Positions 39,833 to 52,935 of a DNA stretch of 64,000 bases are shown piece after piece (within the stretch, counting starts at the first letter, position 1; every line of letters starts with the position of its first letter). Made by a program: the position numbers and the translations under genes. Under the pieces are notes generated by a model, which was not told where the DNA came from, ran no database searches, and worked only from the letters and a program-made list of their open reading frames with translations. Source of the DNA: Eledone cirrhosa (taxonomy: Eukaryota). The stretch lies in assembly GCA_964016885.1 (NCBI GenBank), contig OZ024743.1:334862001-334926000 (forward strand), given 5' to 3'.

Positions 39833-40337
39833 AATAACAATAACAATAATAATAATAATAATTTGAAACATAATAATGATAATAATAATGAATATAAGAA
39901 TATTAATGCGAAAAAGAAGAGGAGAATGAATTTAATACCCCTATTCATGTCTTAAATCGTTCTTCGCAAAACTTATTGAGCTATACATCTATATTTCAAT
40001 AGCTTTCTTGTAAGTTTAGTGAATTGTGTAAATATTAGCAGACTAATCACTGGAAAGAAGGTAACATAACAAAGCAACAACTCTAACTACTAAAGAGCTA
40101 TTTGAAATATAGGAAGGATGTGTTTGTTGCTGTTATAAATCACCAGGCAACGTAACATATTCTCGTATTCACCAAGCCTATCTATACGCTATCTGGTTAT
40201 GACGTTTTCCTCTAAGATAAACGTTGAATATTTTGTAATCTAATGAAATTCTTAAAAGTTTATTTCAATAGCAAGTTACGAATGTCTAAGGATTAAGATT
40301 TATCGTCTGATTTCTTGATTAAACATTACATGGAAAG

Positions 40338-40405
<68 letters not shown>

Positions 40406-40479
40406 GGAGACAGAGATCGGTCTGACATTTACAATTTCAAAATATACTTGTATGTATGTATGCATGTATGTATGTATGT

Positions 40480-41100
40480 ACCTATGTGTCAGGTCACCAG
40501 TTGGTGCTACTGGTAACATGTATCACAGTACAACCTGTCCCATGGTCGGGTCGTTGGCGACTAAACTGGCAACCCCACCAAGGTTTCTTGGTGAGGAGGG
40601 TGACTTTGAACATCCTGCAGGACTAAAAACAAAACCTGTCAAAGGGCAAAGAAGCTCTTAAGAGTCAATGGCCATCCAAAATCACTGGGAGAGATGACCC
40701 CTTAGCCTTTGTCAAGGCAGAATTCTAGGAGAAGGAAAACTCTGATATAACACCTGCAACCCTGATGGTATCCAATGATGTTGACTTGTTCTTCTTTTTG
40801 GTAAATATCATCTTGGTTAAGAGAGTGGGACTGGCTTTGTGCAGTGCCTTTGCTCACTATAAAAGCTTCACGGCACAGGCATTGCTTTATATCTGGAGAT
40901 CTCTCTGCACTTGTCGTCACATGGTACCATGGGCCCAGCACTATGTGTCAATAATTGTCACAAGTGTAGTGTTTGTACCAGAGTTTTCATGTCGCAGGAT
41001 GGACTAAAAAGTCACACTCGTTCAGCGCATCGGTAGGGGTTCTCCTACATGGATATAAAGTAATGGCCGTACTCGAAAACGAGTTGGCAGCCACCATGTG
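40480..41100 (+). mobile_element. Most complete copy of the bipartite RTE-derived element
   Basis: Matches 11836-12335 plus ~55 nt more at the 5' end; flanked by (TATG)n-like repeats. Confidence 0.85.
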
Positions 41101-41190
41101 TGTATGTATGTGTGCATGCATTTGTGTCTGTATGTATATATATATATGCATGCACACACACATACACACATACACACCCACCACCCACAG

Positions 41191-41232
<42 letters not shown>

Positions 41233-42439
41233 GTGTAGGGGTTATATTTAATTTGTTGGGATACACAAGCAACATATTTTTATAACTGATATAAAGCACT
41301 CAACCAATTATTGGAGTAAATATACAATATATTAACAAATGGAAACTATATTTATAAAACCATATTTATTTCATTATACATATTTCAAGGGCCACCAGAG
41401 CAAACTATGGTGCGCTTTCATCAGATAAAATATAATATAGGTTAGTTTTATAAATAAATAAATATTGACATACCCTTAAACAATGCAACCATTCTGGTTG
41501 GAATCTCCTGAATAGTGGAGTTATTAGATTTATTGTTGGTTTATTATGCAAATTAGTGTTGGAAAGGTTTAAAAGCAGTATTTTAAATTAAGCCGTTGGA
41601 ATAGGGAAAAAAGAGAAAAGAAAGAGAAAATAACCTGAGTATATTTAAGTGAGAGAGAATAGCGTAATTTTGATAGAAGAGGCGAAGAAATAAATATAGC
41701 GTGGATGAATACCGTAAGATGGATAAACAATAATAATAAACAATAATAAAATGGATAAACAATAATAAAGATAAGTTGAAGAATCTATCTAATGTTTAAT
41801 TAATAAATGCTTAATTAATAATTTATCAATTCAATCCGTAGTTTAAATGTTTAAATGTGTATGTTAGATTATTAAAGTTGAGACCTATATATTATTAAAG
41901 AATATATATTATTAAAAAATATGTTATTATTACAAAACCATATATAATTTTATTAATTATTAATTAATTATTTAAAAAAATGTTTAAAATATCCGAATAT
42001 TCCTAAGGTCATGGGATTTCCGAGAGTTTACAGAAGAATAATCCCTTATTTGTAATAGCAGTAGAGCGTAAAGGAAATTGCTAGCGATTTTTTAATAATT
42101 TAGATAGCTCTAAGGATTAAATGCTATAAAGTTAAGATGTTAAAAAATTTAATTATCCATCTTAATAATGTAATTAGAGTATGAATTTTATGTTATTTTA
42201 TAACAAGTTATAAATGTATAACTCTAACCTGTCATACAGTTATGACTGTTAAAAACATAAATTTGTTTGCTATAACGTGTTAACATTTAAAAATTCATTC
42301 ATTGGATTATATCCAAAGCATAAACCATAAAAAAAACTATTTCATAAGAGTATATCTGTAGAATATATCTAAAGTATAAATTTTATATATATATAAACAT
42401 TTTGATATACATATACATACAGACACACATATATATATA

Positions 42440-44568
42440 TATGGAAGAGGTTATAGTTCACTTGAAGCATTGTGTAATGAGGTATAAACGTTTGTATATG
42501 TATAATAAAGCCCAAACAATGCAGGTATGGACATAGAATAAAGAATGCAAATGCAAAAGATATTGTTGACAATTAGTTTTTACCTTAGTTTTATTTAAAT
42601 GGCCTTAATTTTCGAGATAATATCTCTTCTTCGGAGGGAAGTAAAGCGGTTAAACCAGTGTTCTAAATAGCTTGCCAAGTCATGCTGACAGGAAATGGTA
42701 TAGAGTATATGTTCTATCTCTAATGTCAAAGAGTTAAGGTTAGGTGGATAAAGAGTAGTCTCCTTTTAAAAGTTGTTTTTTTTTGTACATGCCTGTTTAA
42801 GTGTGTGGGAGAATGCATGAAGGTGTAAGTATGTGAGTGTATGTGTGTGAGTGTGAGAAGATATGTCTATACATAAATGTGGGGGATAGATGTTATCTCA
42901 TGTTAGAACTGGTATTTGTGTGTGTATGTGTGTGTGTGAGAGAGAATAAGTGGAGGTGTAAGCGTGGTGTGTGTGAGTGTGCGTGTGTGAGTGCGTGTGT
43001 GTGTGCGTGCGTGTATGGGGTGTGTGTGTAAATATGGGGCTAGAAGCTCTATCAAGTTATAAATTGGGTGTTTAGTTCTAGTCTATTATTGATTGGTGGT
43101 TGTGTTTTGTCTATAATCAGTGATTCCCTAATTCTAAGATTGCCGAGGTCTGTTTCCTTATTTTCTATCCTAACTGTTATGGTTTTGTCGGTGTTTTTGC
43201 ATTTAACTAGGTGTTTTTTATATGAGGAAGCGTTAGTATTGAGGTGTTCTTTTATTCTTATGTGGAGTGGTCTGGTGGTGCTACCTACGTAGAAGTTGCT
43301 GCATTTGTCACACTCTAGTCTGTATACGACGTAAGCCTGGTGGCATAGGTCTGTGTCGTTGATGGGGCAGTTGGCTAGCCTGCAGAAGTTGTCATGTCTG
43401 GTGGAGTGTCTTTTGGTTAGCTGTCCGCGTAGAGAAGGACCTGAGTGGGCCAGTTGGATATCTAGTCCCTCTCGTCTGATAGCTCTGCGGATGGCTGTTG
43501 TTGTTTCTTCACTGAAGTTTGGGAGCTTCAGGAAGCAAGTGTTAGTGCCTCGGGTGTGGTGTCCTCTGTTCTTTCTGGCACGGTTTGTGGTGGATGTCGT
43601 GTATCCGTTCAGTTTGAGTACTTCCAGGAAATGTGTGGTGTGTGTGTCTCGGTCTCTAGCGTCGGTGCATTTGTCCCGGATACGTGTTAGTTCGTTCCTT
43701 ATGTATCCGAACTTAGCGCCGGCTGGGAGAGCCGATCTGAAATGTACGAACAGGTCCCTGCTGGCGGCTTTTTTATAGAAGCAGGTGTGGATGTTGCCTT
43801 CCTCTGTTTCCCTGAGTTAGAAGTCCAGTAGGGATAGGGATCCGTGGTCATCGGGGTGTTCCATGCTGAACTTTATACTGGCGTCCATGCTGGGAATGTT
43901 GTGTATATTTTATCTGCCTCCTCACGGGATGATGTAAGGTTGAGTATAGACAAAACACAACCACAAATCAATAATAGACTAGAACTCAACACCCAATTTA
44001 TAACTTGATATAGCATCTAGCCTTATATTTACACCGCCCCCTCCTACACACATGCACACACACACGCACACACACACAAACACACACACACGCTACACCT
44101 TCACTTATTCTCTCTCACACACACACATACACACACAAAGACCAGTTCTAACACGAGATAACATCTATCCCCCACATTTACATATAGACTTATCTTCTCA
44201 CACTCACACACAGACACACACTCACATACTTACACCTTCATGCATTTCCCACACACTTAAACAGGCATGTACGAAAAAAAAACATTTTAAAGGGAGACTA
44301 CTCTTTATCCACCTAATCTTAACTCTTTGACATTAGAGATAGAACAGATACTCTATACAATTTCCTGTCAGCATGACTTGGCAAGCTATTTAGAACACTG
44401 GTTTAACCGCTTTACTTCCCTCCGAAGAAGAGATATTATCTCGAAAATTAATGACATTTAAATAAATCTAAAGTAAAAGACTAATTGTCAACAATATCTT
44501 TTGCATTTGCATTCTTTATTCTATGTCCATACCTGCATTGTTTTGGCTTTATTATACATATACAAACG

Positions 44569-44572
<4 letters not shown>
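42440..44572 (-). mobile_element. Nested Penelope/Poseidon-like fragment with ~620-bp inverted repeats
   Basis: Arms 42483-43112 / 43948-44572; minus strand GIY-YIG VVYRLECDKCSNFYVGSTTRPLHIRIKEH at ~43240-43335. Confidence 0.8.
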
Positions 44573-44611
<39 letters not shown>

Positions 44612-44879
44612 TAAGCATTCGAAAAATATATAAATACAAAATATACAATATAAAATAAGAATTATAATTTAAATTATGAATTATGAATTCTTTGTACCCA
44701 TCTTAGGAATTTTCAGAAAAAACTCCTTCTTCAAATCTTTCAGTACGTTTATCAAGAAAAGTTTGTCAAGAAAAAATCTTTTTAAGATAGTTATAAGTAG
44801 TCATATGAAGGAATCTAATGAATTATCGATAGGGTTAATAAAGATGAGTTATGTATTACGATTTATATATATATTTAAA

Positions 44880-46840
44880 CGTTGAGTTCAATCTATGTTT
44901 GCAAGAACTGAAAAGATTATTTCTTAAATTAACAGAATTTTTACTTTTTAATATAAAGAATATTTCCTCTATACAAAGAGCACACTTTTCAGAAGAAGCA
45001 TTGAATGGAAGAGCTTTGGAGATAATATTCCAAAGTAAAGAATAGTTAGTGTTCTTTGATTTTAGGTCCCATAGTAAATTAGATAGAGAAGTTGAAGATT
45101 TTTTATTTATATTCGTAAAAGAGCATTTATGTTTATTAAAACGAGACTTAAATCTGTGGAGGTAGAGCCTACTTAATTAAATGAATTTAAATTAGTTTTT
45201 ACATTACAATTATATACTATATTTTTAACTAAACAATTGTTATTTAACGGAGAGTTAGATTTATTTCTACAGTTACATTTATCAAAATTTGAGTTTCTAT
45301 GTGCCGTATTATTCAGTTGGATATTGCTGGGGTTATTAATGGTTTTCTGGTTAGATTTTAAGTTTCTATTATTAATTTTATTAATATTCTGCGCTAAATT
45401 ACTGGTGGTTGAATACGTTAATTTTATAGTATGTCTATTAAATATTGAGTAATACCTATGTGTTCTAGGGAAGCATTTATCTAGAGCTTTAAAGAATAAT
45501 TTAGCAATAGGAGTTTTAATACTTAATGAGAAAGGAGGAGCGAACCATAATATATTCCTAGTTCTATTCCTTTTTTTTGTTTTTCGAATTAATGTAAGGT
45601 TTTCTATTATAGTTGTTAAAATTATAGTTATTTGTCATATCATTACTATCAATGCATTTAATTTTATTACTATATCCAGCTCTACCTAACGCTTCGTTAT
45701 AATATTGCGCTTTATCTTCAAAAATATTCTTATTAGCTGAAATTCTAGAAATACGTTGCTGCACAGAGTTTACTATAGTGTTTTTAACGGATCTGGGGTG
45801 ATTGGAATTAAAATTAACTTAGTTTAAGTTCTCGTTTATTTTGTGAAATGGATAATAAAGACCTGTGTTAAGGTTTAAAGTTACATCTAGAAAGTTAACT
45901 ATTTTACAATTATTCTCTATTTCTACTTTAAGATTAAGGTAATTTAAAAAAATGTATAATTTCTTTTCTTTTCTTATTTATTTCACAGTTGTTATTATTT
46001 TCTATAAGTAATAGCATATCGTCGCGATATAAACCTCCGGTCATCTCCAGTATTTTCCTATGTAGAGTATTATTAATAAAAAGCCCCACAAGATACGTTA
46101 TTTAGGCGGAATCAGATGACCCCATAGTGATATCGAAATTATTATCTCTGTCTGCTCTAGTCCAGAGGTGGTTGTTAAATTTAATTAATGTTTTCCGTGC
46201 AGTTAAGATAAAGCGCATTTCATTACTAGTTAAGTCTGTATGTTTAAATGCATATGTTAGGGCTTTGTTAAGTAGATTAGGAGTGATGGATGAGTAATAA
46301 TTAGCAATATCCAATGAATAAACTTATTATTATAGTTATATTTAATGTCTTTAAACCAGTCGATAACTTCGTTAGTTCCTTTCCATAATTTTAAATAAGA
46401 TAATTCTTTAATTTGTGGTATGATTCTGTCTAAAATGTTCTTGCTAAGTATGCCAAGGTCCGATTTAGATGGTGCAATTAATCTAACTGGTAATTCAATT
46501 TCAAAATTGCTTTTATGTTCCTTCATATTAATTTTTGGTTTCCTTGGCATGAAGGGTTGTGTCCTATTTTCAATGCCTAATTCTTGCAGTATGTAAGAAG
46601 TTTCTGTATTCAATGTTTCAAGGTCATCATAGGTTATCTTTTTGTATTTCTTCCTTAATTCCTTTAATATAAGATCGCTATAAATATCCTTTTGCATTCC
46701 ATAGAGATTGTTGGTTTTATCTGACTTGACTAGAATTTTTTCCGTTTTTTCAAAGCTTGCTATATTATTTTTGAGATTTCTTAGGTAATCCTGGCCTATG
46801 AAGTTGTTTTTTTTTAAATTTAATGCTTTGAATGATGTTT
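44880..46840 (-). pseudogene. PLE RT + GIY-YIG, decayed
   Basis: RLIAPSKSDLG..SK..LD, DIANYYSSI, FDITMGS.D.A, CFPRTH.YY.IFNRHT.KL.YS, CNCR, CALCIEE, CKH. Confidence 0.82.
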
Positions 46841-47094
46841 TAAAGGTATGTCAATATTTATTTATAAAACTAACCTATATTATATTTTATCTGATGAAAG
46901 CGCACCAGAGTTTGCTCTCGTGGCCCTTGAAATATGTATAATGAAATAAATATTGTTTTATAATTATAGTTTCCATTTGTTAATATATTGTATATATATA
47001 TATATATATATATACTTAGTATAACAATGTGTTTTCTGATAAGAAATCTCGCAAAATAAATTAAAAAACGAAGTATATATATATATATATATAT

Positions 47095-47393
47095 ACTTCG
47101 TTTTTGAATTTATTTTGCGACATTTCTTATCAGAAAACACATTGTTATACTTTGTGAGGGTCAAGTTGACAATAAAAACACACGCACCTGTTAGTTTTCA
47201 CTTATAAATGTCCGGTTGGCTGGCTGGGTTGATAACCGGATGGCTGTTTATATACTGTCAAAGCTCTGTCGTCACACATTCTGTGACCTCCTCACTGACT
47301 GGGTTTTTATTTTGTGTCTCTCCTTCGTTCTATCCTACACCATCTTGTTTTTGTGTGTTGTGTGTTGCGTGCTTAGTTTGCGCATGCGTTACA

Positions 47394-47459
<66 letters not shown>

Positions 47460-48132
47460 TGTTTATTTATTCAATTATGTGTTTATTTACTTGTTACTAG
47501 TTGGTTCTTTGTTCTATCTGTGTGTGTCTGATTTGTTTTGTTAGTTTGCTTTTTTGTATGTGACTGTATGGTTTGAATTTTTCCTTAATTACTAGTTCTG
47601 ATGTGCTATTCCGCTCGTGTTTTCTGTTTAATTTTGGTTGGAGTTCGTTTATGTTCGTCTATATTCTGTAATGTGCCCCTATGTTCTATTTTAGCAGGTT
47701 GGTGGAATACTGAAGAGATTTTGCCATCCTGGAGTTCTCACCAATGTTCCTTTATCCTTTCTTCTCTGCTACGGGGTGTTTCACCTCTGAATGTTATGTT
47801 CTTATTCCTTCACTGTCCCTCAGTAGATCGTATGCTATATACTACGTTTCTAGTTTTGCGGGCTTAGCTTCCAGACTATGCATTTCCTATCAGTGCAGAG
47901 TCTTCTTTGAAATGGGTATGTTTTATTAAGTAGGGTTTTTATCGGAATACCTGGTCTTTCAACTATCTTAATATTTAATTTGAGCTTGCCTAGGGCCCTT
48001 CTAAATCTGCAAGCTAGTTCGCCTCTAGGTGTTGTATTGACGAACATTACACTATGGCATGTATTGCTATCATACCATGAGTTTATTTCATTTGCCTTAT
48101 TCCTAATCCTTTCTATTCTGCTCCAAAATTTA

Positions 48133-48135
<3 letters not shown>
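47095..48135 (-). mobile_element. 5'-truncated Neptune-like PLE fragment
   Basis: SKFW.RIER..NKA..INSWY..SVMFVNTTPRGEL, homologous to 60290-60906; terminal repeat with a hammerhead-like motif at ~47255-47298. Confidence 0.8.
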
Positions 48136-48174
<39 letters not shown>

Positions 48175-48474
48175 CAAGTTACGCAACTTCGAGTGATTAG
48201 CGGTTTTAGACTCACCTGATCAATGAAACAATTGTTAATACTAGAAATAAAACCCTTTTTGTATAGCCGACCATGTTATTCTTCAATCTTCAACTATTAT
48301 TACTCCAAGAATAACCTACATAGGATTTCTCACGAACTCGCTACCTAACTATGGAAACCTATTGTTGAGTCAAACAACGCCGTACGCTAAAACTATCCAC
48401 AATACATAGTACTCACAATCTCTAACTGGATTACCTACAACGATAATTTGTTAACCCCCCCCCCCCCTCACATG

Positions 48475-48509
<35 letters not shown>

Positions 48510-49389
48510 GGGTGGTAGAGCTTGAAAGAGTGAGATAGAGATTATACGTTTATTGCTATATATATATGAATGCGTATGAATGTAGGGGTGAGTGATGTGA
48601 TGTAACACTTGGAATAATTATCATAGAACCCGAGGAATAATTTATTTACTTATTGTATGTAAGTAAAATACGAAAGTTACCTATTATGAAAACACTCCTT
48701 TGCTCGGACGTGTATGCTTTCCTGTGACACATTCAACACAGGAAAACTAGTTTTATATATAATGTATTTATATTTATATATATATATGTATATAAATACA
48801 TTTAGTCCGCGTTTCCTGGTGAGCAATGTACGTTGTTCTAAGTTATCATATATCCACATACAGGAAAATTAAAAAGCAGCATTTTACGAACATCAAAATA
48901 ATCCTGCAGATGTACAGAGTCTAAATGCATTTGATCAATATTAAAAAAACATTACATACAAAAAACAGTTTCATAGGAAAAATACTAACATTAAAGCATA
49001 AGTAGAAGAATCTTTAGTAGTGCTGTATATTCAATATCCAGCAACATGTATATATCGAAATATAACTAGAATGTATGAACGTTATGCTCATTCAAAACCG
49101 GAAGGAATGTTGGAACCTATGAAGATCTCAACATAAAAAAATCTCTCTCCACCTCCCTACTCCCATACTAGAAGAAAATGCATGAAACCTTTCAAATAAC
49201 AAGGCCTTTTTGGCGGTTTCTTAAAAATTACTTGAATTATGGCAACATTCAGATTCCCTAGCGATATAATATTGCAATTATAAGACATTTCTTGGAAAAC
49301 CATTGTTCCTGTGTAAGCAATGGATATTTATTGATGTTCAATAAACAATAGAAAGCCACATACGTTCTCTTTCAGAGAATATATGTGAA

Positions 49390-49441
<52 letters not shown>

Positions 49442-49458
49442 CACACAGGCACACATTC

Positions 49459-49508
<50 letters not shown>

Positions 49509-49704
49509 GAATACAATATATACATACCTACATACCTACTTACATATATAGTTCAAGATAAGATAAAATAAGTCTTATTAATTCCACGTTGGTTGGAAAA
49601 GAGAAATGAATTTTTCTCTCTCTTTCTCTCCCTCCCTCTCTCTCCCTCCCTCCCTCTCTCTCTCTCACTCTCTCTCTCTCTTTCTCTCTCTCTGTCTCTC
49701 TCTT

Positions 49705-49736
<32 letters not shown>

Positions 49737-50359
49737 TATATCTATATCTATAAAAATGAAAATGTCTGTCTGTCTGTGTGTGTGTCTGTTCCGCAGCAAC
49801 TTTTGATCCGCAATGCCGATTTTCAAAATTTGTTTTGTAATCTACCACAGATTTATCAGGGCAGGTCGGCACGACATTTCGAATGATCTAATCCCCCTTT
49901 GTTCAGGTAAAAAATCGATAAAGCTGACTATAGGTACGACTTTGCACAAAAAAATCTCTATATCTATAAAAATGAAAGAGTGAGAGTGAAAGAAACAGAC
50001 AGACTAAAAGAGGGGGATAGCGGGAGAGAGAGAGAGAGAGAGTGACAGACGCTGTGTTTGATACATGGCAGTGGAAGAGGGGAAGGAAAGCTATAACTAA
50101 TTAACATGTGTGCGTATGTGTGTGCGCGTGCGCGTGTATGTGTGTGTTCGTGTAGCGTTCCAGTAAGAGTTAAATCTATTAACATGTGTGTGTACGTGCA
50201 CACGTGCGTGCGTGAGTTTGCGTGCGTTTGAGCGTTTGCGTGCGTGAGTGTGTGTGTGTATATATAAGAAAGTTTCCCACCACCACCCCACTCTCAAGAG
50301 CGTGAAACTAATAAACCTTTGTTCGTACTGCCTCTCTGTTTTGTTCCCGTTCAATTTTT

Positions 50360-50400
<41 letters not shown>

Positions 50401-50407
50401 TATAAAG

Positions 50408-50612
50408 GAATAAGTATGACCCTGACGGCAGAGCTCAAGCCGTTTCGACGGCTAATTCTGGACTTCTGGACTGAATCCAAAATTAGCCGTTGAAACGGCT
50501 TGAGCTCTGCCGTCGGGGTCATACTTGTTCCTATTACCCACTCTACTACCCTAAGTATTGAGTAATTTGGTGTGTTATGGTCCATCTGGTTCCTTACCAC
50601 ATTTCCTTCGTT
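50408..50612 (+). mobile_element. Short fold-back with hammerhead 3' half and tail
   Basis: Arms 50405-50457 / 50481-50533; GAAACGGC ttgagctct GCC GTC; related sequences at 20815 and 20598. Confidence 0.55.
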
Positions 50613-51075
50613 ATATATATATATATATATATATAGTAATAATAATAAATTTGAAGATTAAAATCCAAAGAGGGTCGATAAGGATAAATATATATCAAAT
50701 ATATAAGAACCGTAGAGGAAATATTTATTAAAATAACAGATTAAAGTTTAAGCAAAGAATCGCTCCTTTCACCCTTAACGGGATCTTCTGAAACTAAAAA
50801 AATCAATCTGTGAACGCAGAAGTAAATATTTCAAAAAACGTTGCAACCGAAGGAAGACAGGAAGACGAAACTTTGGTTCGTGGAAACGTTCCCTGGCAAA
50901 GAACGGATAAAGACAAAGATAATACGTCATAATTAGGAGCGGTGAAAACAATTACACGCAAAGACAAAACCACGTTTATGGTATAAATGAAGTCGTAGAC
51001 TAATATTCTATTAGGTGGTTATAATTATATATATGTATATAAGGGAAGACTTTTGTCATACGACTTCTCCTTGCC

Positions 51076-52270
51076 AAGGGGTTCGACAACACAGACACAT
51101 AGCACTTGCTGTTTCGTCTTCCGGTATTGCCGCAACATTGCTTCCTGGGGGCAGGACAGCACATTTAGCCTTCAAACTTCCCCTCAATATAACAGCAAAT
51201 GACACACCCTGCTGTAATATTACCAAAGGATCAGAAAAGGCAGAACTGCTTAAAAGGTGTGAACTTATAGTTTGGGACGAATGTACGATGGCTCATAAAG
51301 GAGCTTTGGAGGCACTGGACCGGACTTTAAGAGACATAAGAGACTCCCAGGATCCCATGGGAGGCGTGACTGTCCTTTTATCCAGAGATTTTAGACAAAC
51401 CCTCCCTGTTATTCCCAAAGGAACAAGGGCTGATGTTATTCGAGCATGCTTAAAGTCTTCCCCGCTTTGCCATTATGTCACAACATTAAAGCTCGGATGC
51501 TTGGTGACCAAGTGTCATCAGATTTTGCTACCAACCTATTGACACTTGGGAACAGCAAAGTGCCACTTGATGAAGATGAAAACATCTCCCTCGAACCGGT
51601 CTGCACTTTATTCGACAGTGCTGACGACTTGACAGATGCAGTATTCCCTGAGTTGAGCACTAACTACCAAAATCCAAACTGGCTGTGCGAAAGGGCAATA
51701 CTGGCTCCGAAAAATGAGACTGTCGACAAAATCAACGGACAACTGCTTAAGTCTCTTCCTACAGCTTCGTGTACATACAAGTCTATCGATACAGTCACAG
51801 ACCCCATTAACTACCCAATTGAGTTTCTTAACTCATTGAACCCCTCCGGGTTGCCATATCATCGATTGGAACTTAAGCAAAGAAGCTCAATTATGCTTTT
51901 GAGGAATCTACACCCACCAAAACTCTGCAACGGCACCCGTCTCACAGAAAATAAACTAATGCAAAACTTGATCGAGGCGACGATTCTCTCGGGGTGTGGA
52001 AAGGGGGAAAATGTTTTTATCCCAAGGATTCCCCTTTGTCCGTCAACATCAGAGATCCCCTTTTCATTTAGGAGGCTCCAGTTTCCAGTTCGTTGTAGTT
52101 TCACTATGACGATAAATAAGTCTCAGGGGCAAATATTGTCCGTCGCGGGAATAAACCTAGTCAGCTATACGTTGGATGTTCCAGAGTGGGAAGCAAAAGA
52201 AACCTTTATCCATTTGCTCCGAACGGTAAAACCACAAACAATGTGTACCAAGAAGTTCTGTAATCAAAAC
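51076..52270 (+). pseudogene. Helitron PIF1-family helicase fragment
   Basis: AVSSSGIAATLLPGGRTAH..FKLPL, WDECTM, DFRQTLPV, RAILAPKN, LLRNL..PKLCNGTRL, RLQFPV..F.MTINKSQGQ. Confidence 0.92.
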
Positions 52271-52382
52271 TGCGACACAAACGGTCTTCTAATAATAAAA
52301 TACCTCGCTGCTTTCAATAATTACCAAATTGTAGACATACTGCCTTTTGAAATTCATAACACCATACATTTTCGACTGGAAA

Positions 52383-52935
52383 CGTGACCACTTTGAGCTG
52401 CACGGTATTGAAATGCACGTTCCCCTCTGGTTGGTTGAGCCAGTTTTCCATGGATTCGCCAGCGCGTGCAGCAGACTTTGATTCACATGTCTTTGCTGCC
52501 GCAGTTGACGCCGTGTTTCGGTTTATACAGCTCAAACAGCAGACGTTGACTCACAGTTCTTTGCTGCCGCAGTTGACGCTGTGTTTCGGTTGATGCAGCT
52601 CGAGCTGCGGAAGTTGCCTCAGCATTTCTATGCCGCCGTAATGAACACTGTGGTTCGTTCTCTGCATCTTCTGCAATAGACGTTGCCTCGATATTTGCTT
52701 TCTGTCGCAGTGAGGGTTTAGAATCGTTTTCTGCACCCCAAGCAGCAGCAGTTGCCTCAGCATTTATTTGCTGTCGCATCAAACGTTGTGTTTCATTTTC
52801 TGCATCTCGTGCAATAGAAGTTGCTTCAGCATTTTTCTTTTGGCGTAATAATCGCTATTCGTTATTCTCTATTACTTTTGCAATCGAGGTTGGTGCAGAA
52901 TTTGTGTTGAGGAATTTTGAGGGTCCTCCATGTTT
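52383..52935 (-). pseudogene. Probable Helitron RepHel N-terminal repeat region, inverted
   Basis: Periodic NAEAT..AR.AE.E.QR..R repeats. Confidence 0.45.

Larger units (their letters stand above)
41235..46992 (-). mobile_element. AT-rich Naiad-like Penelope element with a partial inverted terminus
   Basis: 41320-41478 is inverted at 46840-46992; hammerhead-like CTGATGA..GAAA at 46891-46932 and its inverse at ~41380-41425. Confidence 0.8.

Noticed and set aside
40485-40575. HDV-like ribozyme at the 5' end of the RTE-derived element
   Set aside because: A gtcg/cgac hairpin followed by taa-actg is suggestive, but I could not build consistent P1 and P3 pairings; needs an Infernal or RNArobo search
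51015-52387. Host PIF1 helicase gene
   Set aside because: Intronless, frameshifted, Helitron-type motifs and Helitron termini nearby
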